Assembly: GCA_016181765.1 (NCBI GenBank)
Contig: JACOYR010000004.1
Location: 201,853-265,852, forward strand
Direction of reading: 5' to 3'
DNA length: 64,000 nt
DNA from: Parcubacteria group bacterium
Lineage (GTDB): Bacteria; Patescibacteriota; Patescibacteriia; UBA2169
Below, piece by piece: positions 1 to 7,655 of this stretch. Position 1 is the first letter of the stretch, and every line of letters begins with the position of its first letter. The notes beneath the pieces are model-generated. The model searched no databases, was not told the DNA's origin, and saw nothing but the letters and a program-made list of their open reading frames with translations. A program made the translations under genes and the position numbers.

Positions 1-1
1 C

Positions 2-1246
2 CTCACCAGGGAGAAGAGCGGCGCGCTCTGGAAGCTCATTGAGCCGTTCGCGGCCTACGGGTTCAACAAGGCGCACGCCTGCTCCTATGGCGTGGTCGCG
101 TACCAGACCGCGTATATGAAAGCCCACTACCCGGCCGAGTTCATGGCGGCCCTCATGAGCGCCGAGTCCGATGACATTGAGAAAGTCGCGGAAGCGGTCG
201 CGGAGTGCAAGGCCATGGCCATCACCGTGCTCCCCCCGGACGTGAATGAAAGCTTTGCGGACTTTACGGTGATTGACGACAAGACCATCCGCTTCGGGCT
301 CTCGGCCATCAAGAACATCGGCAGCCATATTGTTGACGTGATCATTGCCGAGCGCAAGCAGAACGGCGCGTACGCGGATGTTTCCAGTTTTTTAAGCCGC
401 GTAAAAGACCGGGACTTAAACCGCAAGTCCCTGGAGAGCTTCATTAAAGCCGGCGCCCTCTCAAGCCTGGAAAGCCGGGCCACGCTCTTTGCGAACATTG
501 ACAAGCTCCTGGATTTTGCGCGGGACAGCCACGAGGCAGCGGCCCGCAGCCAGGAGAGCTTGTTCGGCGGCGCGGAAACAAAAGGGCGCGGCCTCGCGCT
601 CGCGGAGGCCCAAGAGAACCAGGACCAGGAGCTTGCCTGGGAAAAAGAGCTCCTGGGCTTGTACCTCTCAAGCCACCCCCTGGAAAAGCACCGCGCCCTC
701 CTCGCCAAGAGCCCGAACCCTGTTGCAACCATCCAGCCCGAATCTACAACAAGCGCCACGTGCTTCGGGTACATCACGGGCGCCAAAGAAATCATCACCA
801 AAAAGGGAGACCCCATGGCCTTTGTCACGCTGGAGGATTTGACGGGCAGCCTTGAGCTCATCGTGTTCCCGCGGCTGTACCAGGAGCACCGCTTGCTCTG
901 GCAGGCGGATTCCCTGGTCGCGGTCACCGGAAAACCGGAAAACCGCCAGGGCAAACAGCAACTCATTGTGGACCGCGTGGAAGCCTTGGCAGAATCCGCG
1001 GCAACCGCAGGCCGGCGCGCCGAAGAGCGCGTCAGCGTGCACATCAGCCTCAATGAGCCCGCGGACCGCGCCCAGCTTGATAAAATCAAAAAAATATTGT
1101 ACCTTAAGAGTGGCGCCACGCCGGTCATTCTCCATGTCAACGGAACTGCCGCGCTCAAGCTCCCCCGCGGGGTGGACCTGAACGCGCACGCGCTCTTGGA
1201 GGAGCTCGCGACGCTCGTCGGAGACAGCCGCATCAGCATTAGGTAA
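2..1246 (+). CDS. dnaE: DNA polymerase III alpha subunit, C-terminal part (5' end lies outside the window)
   Basis: The frame is open from base 2. The translation (…FNKAHACSYGVVAYQTAYMKAHYPAEFMAAL…LPPDVNESFADF…) matches the DnaE C-terminal region including the OB-fold, and it is the continuous ORF in the track. Confidence 0.9.
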   Translation, partial: LTREKSGALWKLIEPFAAYGFNKAHACSYGVVAYQTAYMKAHYPAEFMAALMSAESDDIEKVAEAVAECKAMAITVLPPDVNESFADFTVIDDKTIRFGLSAIKNIGSHIVDVIIAERKQNGAYADVSSFLSRVKDRDLNRKSLESFIKAGALSSLESRATLFANIDKLLDFARDSHEAAARSQESLFGGAETKGRGLALAEAQENQDQELAWEKELLGLYLSSHPLEKHRALLAKSPNPVATIQPESTTSATCFGYITGAKEIITKKGDPMAFVTLEDLTGSLELIVFPRLYQEHRLLWQADSLVAVTGKPENRQGKQQLIVDRVEALAESAATAGRRAEERVSVHISLNEPADRAQLDKIKKILYLKSGATPVILHVNGTAALKLPRGVDLNAHALLEELATLVGDSRISIR

Positions 1247-1257
1247 CCAGTACTCAT

Positions 1258-2430
1258 ATGGCCATGGACATCGTCAAGAACACCAAGAAAAAGGTGGAAA
1301 CAACCAAAAAGAAGCTCGCCAAGACCATGGAACTCAAATCCTACCGCAAGCTCGCGGTTAACTTTTTGATTCTCACCGTAAATTTGATCATCATCATCCT
1401 GTACTTCTCCCTCTCCCAGGCAAAGGTGGTGGTGGTGCCGGCGCGGGACGTGGTATCGCACTCCGTGGCCATTGCCATTGCCCCGGACCCGGCAGCGAGC
1501 GAGGCTCCACTCGTCATTGCGGGCAGCGCCACCTCGGTTCCGGTTTCGCACACCCAGGAGTTTGCGGTTGATGAGTCCGCGACCGTTGATGCGCAGGCCC
1601 AGGGCATGATCACTGTTTTTAATACGACCGCGGACCGGGACCAGCTCCTGGTCGCGAACACGCGGTTCCAAAACGAGGCCGGCATACTGTTAAAGACGCG
1701 CGAGCAAATCACGGTCCCGCGCGGCAAGGAGCAAGCAGTAGCCGCGTACGCGGATAAGCCCGGAGCCGCGGGGAACGTGGGTACCTCCGCGGGGCGGTTC
1801 CAGATCGTGGCCCTGCCCCACCTCAAGGACAAAATTTACGCGGAAGTGTCCCGGGAGTTCGGAGGCGGCACGGTTGCGGCCCCATCCCTCACCCAGGGCG
1901 CCTACGACAGCGCGCGCGCTGATATGGAAAAAGCCCTGCGGGAAAAAGGGAGCGCCCTGCTCTCCGAAACCACGGGCGTTGATCCGGACAAGGTCGCGCT
2001 CGCGGTGGACGAGATCACCGCAAGCGCCAAAGTGGGCGACCGGAACATCAAAACATTTTCCTTAACCGCAAAGGGTACGGTAAGCGCATTTACTTATGAC
2101 GAGGCGCGGGCCCGGGAAATCATAAAGCAGGAGCTCGCGAAGCAGGTGCCCCCGGACAAGCTTTTGCTTGAATTTGATGAGAGCTCCTATGCCGCGGCCT
2201 TGTCCGAGGACGGCGCCTCGGTAACCGTCTCCATCAAAGCCGAGATCGCCCCCAAGATTCCGGACACCGTCCTCGCGCAGGAGGACATCATCGGCTTGAA
2301 CGAGGAGGAAGTCAGATTGCGCTTCACCAAGATCACCGGGATCCGGGACGTGCAGGTTGAGTTCTGGCCGTTCTGGGTGCGGAGCGTGCCGAATCTCAAA
2401 GACCACGTGAATATTGAGATAAAGCGGTAA
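1258..2430 (+). CDS. hypothetical membrane-anchored protein (one N-terminal TM helix, Ala/Val-rich ectodomain)
   Basis: It is a 390-aa ORF in the gene-dense + strand context with a hydrophobic segment LAVNFLILTVNLIIIILYF. A hairpin terminator follows it. No recognisable domain. Confidence 0.55.
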   Translation: MAMDIVKNTKKKVETTKKKLAKTMELKSYRKLAVNFLILTVNLIIIILYFSLSQAKVVVVPARDVVSHSVAIAIAPDPAASEAPLVIAGSATSVPVSHTQEFAVDESATVDAQAQGMITVFNTTADRDQLLVANTRFQNEAGILLKTREQITVPRGKEQAVAAYADKPGAAGNVGTSAGRFQIVALPHLKDKIYAEVSREFGGGTVAAPSLTQGAYDSARADMEKALREKGSALLSETTGVDPDKVALAVDEITASAKVGDRNIKTFSLTAKGTVSAFTYDEARAREIIKQELAKQVPPDKLLLEFDESSYAAALSEDGASVTVSIKAEIAPKIPDTVLAQEDIIGLNEEEVRLRFTKITGIRDVQVEFWPFWVRSVPNLKDHVNIEIKR

Positions 2431-2444
2431 GTTATAAAAAGATG

Positions 2445-2476
2445 AAGGGGCGGCTCGTGAGAGTCGCCCCTTTTCG
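2445..2476 (+). terminator. hairpin (ggggcggctc/gagtcgcccc) followed by TTTT after the 390-aa gene
   Basis: The inverted repeat with a 9/10 stem and the short T-run were read directly. Confidence 0.5.
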
Positions 2477-2512
2477 TGATGGCCTCTGCTGCGCAATCCG
2501 ACCCCGAGGGGG

Positions 2513-2920
2513 TTAGGACTCTGACGCAGCTCCGGTGTCCGGCAAAAGCCCAAGCTCATTGAGCAACGCGTCCAGCCACTCCTGCAGAGACGCGTCTCCT
2601 CCCGCCAGGGTCACCTGTATCGCGCCTGCAAAGGTGCGCTCCCCGACTGTGGTCTCCCAGGACTGCACCGTGTTGCCGGTACGCTGCCGCAACCCGGTGC
2701 AGATGGCATCCGCAACCTGGCTCACCGCACCCGTACCCCTGTGGTCCGACTGAACCGCACATTGCGCCATCCTGTCCGAGACTCGGCACACGCTCACCTG
2801 AACCTCGCACTGGACGCCCCCTGGGCCCGGTACCCAAACAGTGCGCTGCACGCGCGATGGAATGCTCCCGCCGCAGCACTCGCGCGTCTCGCTGGCTTCC
2901 TGCATCATCGGCATTGCCAA
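2513..2920 (-). CDS. hypothetical protein, possibly YkoF/MTH1187 (DUF77)-like
   Basis: It is a 135-aa ORF in the GC-rich gap between the 390-aa gene and thrS. The stretch HRGTGAVSQVADAICTGLRQRTGNTVQSWETTVGE weakly resembles the PLGTG…YVA.AI…G…PMGT.IEGE pattern. The start is uncertain. A 179-aa ORF overlaps it in another frame. Confidence 0.3.
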   Translation of the reverse strand: MAMPMMQEASETRECCGGSIPSRVQRTVWVPGPGGVQCEVQVSVCRVSDRMAQCAVQSDHRGTGAVSQVADAICTGLRQRTGNTVQSWETTVGERTFAGAIQVTLAGGDASLQEWLDALLNELGLLPDTGAASES

Positions 2921-3106
2921 CCCACATCCTCCTGGTTGCGTGGTGAGGGAAAACTACCGATGAACGCCACGATTGTGGCGCCGAAAGAACTGCACAAACT
3001 ATAGTAGCAATACTAACCAAACTACCAGACAACGGGCGCGCTGTCAATATGCGGCCGCGCCGCGCGAGCGCTTGTATTGCGCGCGAACAGCTCACTGTGC
3101 TACGAT

Positions 3107-4357
3107 ATGCGTATCATTCCTATGGCACACGGCGCGCCGCACGCACAATCCAATCAGGAGGAACAGGGCCGCGACCACAAGTCCTTGGGCACGCAGCTTG
3201 ATTTGTTCGTGTTCAATGATCTGGTGGGGCCCGGGCTGCCGCTATGGACGCCCAAGGGAACCATCCTGCGCGAGGAGCTGGATAATTTCGTGTGGAGCCT
3301 GCGCAAGAAGCACGGGTACCAGAAGGTGGAAATTCCGCACCTGGCCAAAAAAGATTTGTACGAAACCAGCGGGCACTGGGCAAAGTTCAAGGATGATTTG
3401 TTCCGCGTCAAAACGCGCGAGGGCCACGAGTTCGCCATCAAGCCCATGAACTGCCCGCACCACACGCAGATCTACAGCCGCCATCCCCAGAGCTACCGCA
3501 ACCTGCCGGTGCGCTACTGCAACACCACCATGTGCTACCGCGACGAGCAGACCGGCGAGCTCAACGGGCTCGCGCGCTTGCGCGCGTTCACGCAGGATGA
3601 TTCGCACGTGTTCTGCCGCACTAGCCAGGTGGAAGAAGAATTTTTGAAAATCTGGGACATTGTTGATGAGTTCTATTCCGCGTTCGGGTTTAAGCTCTCA
3701 CCCACGCTCTCGTTGTCCGACCCTAACAACATGGGCGCGTATCTGGGTGATGAAAAGCTTTGGAAGCAGGCAGAGGATGCATTGCGCAGCGTGGCAAAGA
3801 AGCGCAACGTGCAAGCTCCGGAAGTCCTCGGCGAGGCCGCGTTCTACGGACCGAAGATTGATTTTGCGGCAAAGGATTCGCTGGGCCGGGACTGGCAGGT
3901 GGCAACCATCCAGCTGGATATGAACATGCCCGAGCGCTTTAACTTGGCGTGCGTGAATGAGAAAGGCGAACCAGAGCGCATTGTGATGATCCACTACGCG
4001 GTGATGGGCGCCATTGAGCGGTTCCTCGCCATTTTACTGGAACACACGGCTGGCGTGTTCCCGGCGTGGCTCGCGCCCATCCAAATTAGCGTTGCCACGG
4101 TTTCCAACGAAAAGCACCTGGTGTACGCGCAAAAGCTTGCGAATGAACTTTCGGCCGCCGGAGCGCGCGTTTGGGTTGATGATTCAGATGAGTCAGTCGG
4201 CAAAAAGGTGCGAGCGAGCGAGCAGCAGAAAATCCCCTACACGCTCGTGATCGGGGACAAGGAAATGGCTGGCAAAAAACTCGCGGTCCGCGCTCACGGC
4301 GAACGAGACACGGTTGAAATGACGCCGGACGAGTTGGTTGCAAAACTCAAGCGATAA
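3107..4357 (+). CDS. thrS: threonyl-tRNA synthetase, catalytic core plus anticodon-binding domain only (no N-terminal TGS or editing domains)
   Basis: The motifs LDLF…KPMNCPHHTQIY…FTQDDSHVFC and a class II core followed by an anticodon-binding domain are present. The ORF opens at 3077, but the first Met at 3107 or 3122 is the more likely start. The protein is only about 415 aa. Confidence 0.9.
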   Translation: MRIIPMAHGAPHAQSNQEEQGRDHKSLGTQLDLFVFNDLVGPGLPLWTPKGTILREELDNFVWSLRKKHGYQKVEIPHLAKKDLYETSGHWAKFKDDLFRVKTREGHEFAIKPMNCPHHTQIYSRHPQSYRNLPVRYCNTTMCYRDEQTGELNGLARLRAFTQDDSHVFCRTSQVEEEFLKIWDIVDEFYSAFGFKLSPTLSLSDPNNMGAYLGDEKLWKQAEDALRSVAKKRNVQAPEVLGEAAFYGPKIDFAAKDSLGRDWQVATIQLDMNMPERFNLACVNEKGEPERIVMIHYAVMGAIERFLAILLEHTAGVFPAWLAPIQISVATVSNEKHLVYAQKLANELSAAGARVWVDDSDESVGKKVRASEQQKIPYTLVIGDKEMAGKKLAVRAHGERDTVEMTPDELVAKLKR

Positions 4358-4388
4358 TAGTTTTTTGTTATTTTTTTAACAAAAGAAA

Positions 4389-4420
4389 GAGGCCCGCGGA
4401 GCTTGCGCTCGTTGGGCCTC
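4389..4420 (-). terminator. GC hairpin (gaggcccgcggag…ttgggcctc) between convergent thrS and the 104-aa gene; the T-run lies on the minus-strand side
   Basis: The 7-bp stem is perfect. On the minus strand it is followed by tttcttttgtt. Confidence 0.5.
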
Positions 4421-4441
4421 GGTGAACGTGTCTGACGCTAT

Positions 4442-4756
4442 CTACAGCGTCGGGAGCACGGTGCGGACGAAGTGCCCGCCGTCGTTGCTGTGCGGCACGT
4501 ACGCACCATGCTGGACGTTGAACGTATAGTTCAGTGTCCAGAGAGCTCTGCGGACCTCGTCGGTGACGTCCCTCACCGACTTGATCCACGGCCGCCCCTC
4601 TTCATCGTAGATCACCACAACCCCATTGTTGCAGTCAAAGGTGTTTGGTGTTCCGTGTTTGACGTGCTGTTCCTCCTCGGAGTGTCCCGGGTGCTCGGAT
4701 GTGCCGAGCGCACAGAAGAGCCCGAGGTCCAACAGCCTGTGAGAGAGCTTACCCAT
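4442..4756 (-). CDS. small His-rich hypothetical protein (104 aa), probably highly expressed
   Basis: The ORF has an AAAGGAGG Shine-Dalgarno 8 nt upstream and a perfect consensus promoter (TTGACA-17-TATAAT with TGc extended -10). No recognisable domain. Confidence 0.6.
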   Translation of the reverse strand: MGKLSHRLLDLGLFCALGTSEHPGHSEEEQHVKHGTPNTFDCNNGVVVIYDEEGRPWIKSVRDVTDEVRRALWTLNYTFNVQHGAYVPHSNDGGHFVRTVLPTL

Positions 4757-4823
4757 CGCGCGCCTCCTTTGAAGGCATCATGCGGGTTTTTTACGCTAGG
4801 CACGCTTTGTACCTAACAATATA

Positions 4824-4852
4824 ATTATAGCATACTTCCTATTTCTTGTCAA
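4824..4852 (-). promoter_or_regulatory. consensus sigma70-type promoter: -35 TTGACA (4847-4852 rc), 17-bp spacer, extended -10 TGcTATAAT (4824-4829 rc)
   Basis: The minus strand reads agatatagTTGACAagaaataggaagtatgcTATAATtat. Confidence 0.7.
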
Positions 4853-4932
4853 CTATATCTAACATTAGCCAAAAAAGTGAAATGATTAAAAGTGCCGAAT
4901 TGACGTTTTGACTAGCGTAAATTCCCAATGAT

Positions 4933-5295
4933 ATGTATATCCAAGACCTGCAAAAATGCGACGAAATTATCGCGGGTGACGATTCCGTCCTCCGCGAACT
5001 TTTGCACCCAAACAAAGCGGACGTAGCATTCCGGTATAGTTTGGCGCACGCGATGGTTAAGAACGGCCTGTCATCTAAATCGCACAAACTAAAAACATCA
5101 GAGGTGTACTACATTCTGGAAGGCGAAGGCACCATGCATGTCAATGGCGAGGCTGCAAACGTTCGCGCGGGCCACGTTGTGTACATTCCCCCGAACGCAA
5201 CGCAATACATTGAAAACACCGGCAATGCGGATTTGAAATTTTTGTGCATTGTTGACCCGGCCTGGCGGCCAGAAGACGAAGCCGAAACGGAATAG
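4933..5295 (+). CDS. cupin-domain protein
   Basis: The 120-aa product carries a cupin 2 barrel motif (EVYYILEGEGTMHVNGE…GHVVYIPPNATQYIEN). Confidence 0.75.
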   Translation: MYIQDLQKCDEIIAGDDSVLRELLHPNKADVAFRYSLAHAMVKNGLSSKSHKLKTSEVYYILEGEGTMHVNGEAANVRAGHVVYIPPNATQYIENTGNADLKFLCIVDPAWRPEDEAETE

Positions 5296-5343
5296 GCAAA
5301 ACCAGCGGCTAGAGCCTGCCCCATACGTAATACGAGGGGCCGA

Positions 5344-6132
5344 TCACAGCGGGCTCTGAATCGCGGCCAGAGCAGATCGCGCCACCTTGGTGTACACCTG
5401 CGTGGTGGTAAGCCGCGCGTGGCCCAAGAGCTCCTGGATGTACCGAATGTCGGTGCCGTTCTCCAGCAAGTGCGTGGCAAACGAATGGCGCAAGCTGTGG
5501 CAGCTTGCCTGTTTTTTGATGCCCGAATCTTTGAGCGCGTGGGCAAATATCTTTTGAGCCGACCGTTCAGTCAGCTTCCCGCCGCGGCTGCTTTCAAACA
5601 CAAAATCGCGTGCGTCTTTTTTTGCAACATACCGCGCAAGCGGCGCGCTGACTTTTTCAGAAAACAAGGTAACCCGGTCTTTCCCTCCTTTGCCGCCGCG
5701 AACCATCACGGCTTGGTTATCAAAATCCAAATCCCCCACCTTGAGATTCACGGCTTCGGAAACCCGCAACCCGGCCGAGTACATCATCCCGAGCAGGAGC
5801 TTGTGCTTGGCGCTTTTGATGGTTCCGAGCAATAACCGCACTTCTTGTTTGGAGAGCACCACCGGAAGTTTTTTTGATGATTTGGCGCGCGGAATGGAAA
5901 CAAAAAATCTCCGCTTGAGCACGGAGCCAAAGTAAAACTTAAGGGCGCTGTACACGGTATTGAGTGTTGACGCGGACTTTCCCGCGTCCGCGAGCGCTTC
6001 CAGATACTTTCGGACATCAGCCGTAGTGGTTGCCCGGGGGCCTTTGCCCGCCGAGCGCAAAAAGCCTTTGACGTTCGTTATATACGAACTTTGGGTCATT
6101 GGGCTAAACCCCCGCAGTTTCATCTCCTGCAC
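5344..6132 (-). CDS. tyrosine site-specific recombinase (XerC/XerD/IntI branch)
   Basis: The C-terminal catalytic motifs HSLRHSFATHLLENGTDIRYIQELLGH…TTQVYTKV are present. The segment KKLPVVLSKQEV…GLRVSEAVNLKVGDLDFDNQAVMVRGGKGGKDR resembles XerD and IntI. At 262 aa it lacks the IntI-specific insertion. It is divergent from the adjacent AT-rich island. Confidence 0.9.
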   Translation of the reverse strand: MQEMKLRGFSPMTQSSYITNVKGFLRSAGKGPRATTTADVRKYLEALADAGKSASTLNTVYSALKFYFGSVLKRRFFVSIPRAKSSKKLPVVLSKQEVRLLLGTIKSAKHKLLLGMMYSAGLRVSEAVNLKVGDLDFDNQAVMVRGGKGGKDRVTLFSEKVSAPLARYVAKKDARDFVFESSRGGKLTERSAQKIFAHALKDSGIKKQASCHSLRHSFATHLLENGTDIRYIQELLGHARLTTTQVYTKVARSALAAIQSPL

Positions 6133-6179
6133 GAATTTCTCAAAGCCTTCCGTAAAAACAACCAGTTCGTATATAACTA

Positions 6180-6207
6180 GTTATAAGAAATTTAATTTGA
6201 AAGCCCT
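6180..6207. repeat. left copy of a 28-bp imperfect inverted repeat (gttataagaaatttaatttgaaagccct) flanking the deoxyribosyltransferase-like gene
   Basis: Its reverse complement pairs with 6633-6660 at 25 of 28 positions. Confidence 0.7.
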
Positions 6208-6237
6208 AAGAGGAATTAACAAGTAAATGCATGAAAT

Positions 6238-6630
6238 ATGAAAATAGTCATCTGCGGTTCTAGACGTTTCTTTGACGACATTCGCGACTTGGAACGCAAG
6301 TTGCGCGAGAACGGTCATATTGTCTTGGGACCCATACTCAACAGAAATAAATCTATCAGCGACCTGCCGAGTGATCTTAAAACATACGCTTTTTTAGGAT
6401 TGACGCTTCACCATTTTGAATTTATCCGCAAAGCCGACATCTGCTTCATGTACAACAAAGATGGTTATCTTGGCAACAGTGGTACTTTGGAGCTTGGTTT
6501 TGTGGTCGCCTGCGGTATTCCAATATACGCTCTGAATGAAGATAAAGACGAGGTTTGCAGGAATGTACTCTTTGACTTCGTGGTTAATGACATTGATGAA
6601 TTCGTTAAAATTGTTAATTCCAATAAATGA
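6238..6630 (+). CDS. nucleoside 2-deoxyribosyltransferase-like / SLOG-fold protein
   Basis: The 130-aa product starts MKIVICGS…, and the segment GYLGNSGTLELGFVVACGIPIYAL matches the catalytic-Glu region G.G.ELG(F/Y)A of the Nuc_deoxyrib_tr family. The gene is AT-rich (about 33% GC) and is bounded by inverted repeats. Confidence 0.65.
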   Translation: MKIVICGSRRFFDDIRDLERKLRENGHIVLGPILNRNKSISDLPSDLKTYAFLGLTLHHFEFIRKADICFMYNKDGYLGNSGTLELGFVVACGIPIYALNEDKDEVCRNVLFDFVVNDIDEFVKIVNSNK

Positions 6631-6632
6631 CA

Positions 6633-6660
6633 AGGGCTTTCAAATTAAACATCTTATAAC
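6633..6660. repeat. right copy of the 28-bp inverted repeat; it overlaps the start of palindromic element A copy 1
   Basis: The sequence agggctttcaaattaaacatcttataac is the reverse complement of the left copy at 6180-6207. Confidence 0.7.
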
Positions 6661-6839
6661 ACTGAATATGCGGTTCAAAAACATTGCCCATTAGATACGA
6701 TTGGTCGCAATGTTTTTTCACCCAAATGGCGCTTCTGATATCCGCGATTGATGTTGTCTATACTGTGCATCTGATGACCACACTCCTACTGATTAAGACG
6801 GCGCCACTTCGCATATTCAGGAACGTTGCGACGAAATAA
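6656..6839 (+). repeat. palindromic element A, copy 1 (about 184 bp): outer IR cactgaatatgcgg/cgcatattcag, inner perfect 11-bp hairpin aaaaacattgc/gcaatgttttt, 3' tail gaacgttgcgacgaaataa
   Basis: It is 5'-identical over about 68 bp to copy 2 at 11488, and it shares its architecture and 3' tail with copy 3 at 12786. Confidence 0.7.
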
Positions 6840-6980
6840 TTTTTTTTATAAGTTTTTCTCAATCGGCTTTTTAAGAAAAGGAATAAAATAAGTTTTTTAA
6901 GAATTAGGATTTTAGGAGGGGTAAAGCCAAGGTGGTTTTCTCCGCTTCGCTCCGAAAACGATTCATTAATTAATTTATGT

Positions 6981-7439
6981 ATGTCAAAAATTAATGTAGT
7001 TTATACGCCCAAAATTGATGAAGAAGAAAAAAGAATATTTGAAGAAGTATTCGGAAAAAATAAAGTAGTATTTGGGGAATATAAAATTAAAGGAATAACA
7101 TGGGGCGCATTTGACATTCAAATAATAATAGACGCCTTGAATGACCCCACCATAACAGCCTTACTACACGGCACAGAATTTGCGCGTTTAATTGCCGTAT
7201 TGGTTAAAAAATTATTTAGCAGAAATACTAAAAAAATAATGGATAATAAATCAAGACCCAGATACACGACTTTGGTTATAAGAAAAGAAACTAGTTCTGT
7301 CGTAGTATCAAATGTTAATCCCGGCAACAAAATTCTTATTTCTAAAATCACGGCTAATTTCGAGGAAATTAAAAAACAGTTTGAGAGCGGTGATGATAAA
7401 TATACAGATGAAAAACTTAATAACTACTTGGATAATTAA
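6981..7439 (+). CDS. hypothetical protein (152 aa)
   Basis: It is an AT-rich ORF in an operon-like arrangement with the next two ORFs, which are spaced 5 and 4 bp apart. Confidence 0.5.
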   Translation: MSKINVVYTPKIDEEEKRIFEEVFGKNKVVFGEYKIKGITWGAFDIQIIIDALNDPTITALLHGTEFARLIAVLVKKLFSRNTKKIMDNKSRPRYTTLVIRKETSSVVVSNVNPGNKILISKITANFEEIKKQFESGDDKYTDEKLNNYLDN

Positions 7440-7444
7440 AATTT

Positions 7445-7651
7445 ATGAAGTCAAAAATAATTAAAAGCAAACGACTAAAGGATCGCATAGTGGAGATAAT
7501 TGAGTATAAAGATGATTTTGGGAAAATTGTAAATTATTCTGTTATTAACGTAAACCATGGCGAAGGGGTCATTGCGGGTGCCGGTAAATTAGAAGAAAAT
7601 AATTTTTCTAATGAAGAGGAAGCAATGATATTTTTTAATAATCAAAATTAA
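7445..7651 (+). CDS. hypothetical small protein (68 aa)
   Basis: Its spacing to the neighbouring genes suggests translational coupling. Confidence 0.4.
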   Translation: MKSKIIKSKRLKDRIVEIIEYKDDFGKIVNYSVINVNHGEGVIAGAGKLEENNFSNEEEAMIFFNNQN

Positions 7652-7655
7652 ATCT

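Noticed and set aside
2556-3095. A 179-aa minus-strand ORF overlapping the 2513-2920 ORF
   Set aside because: It is in another frame of the same GC-rich gap. Its translation is Arg/Gly/Ala-rich with no protein-like features, so it is probably a high-GC artefact.
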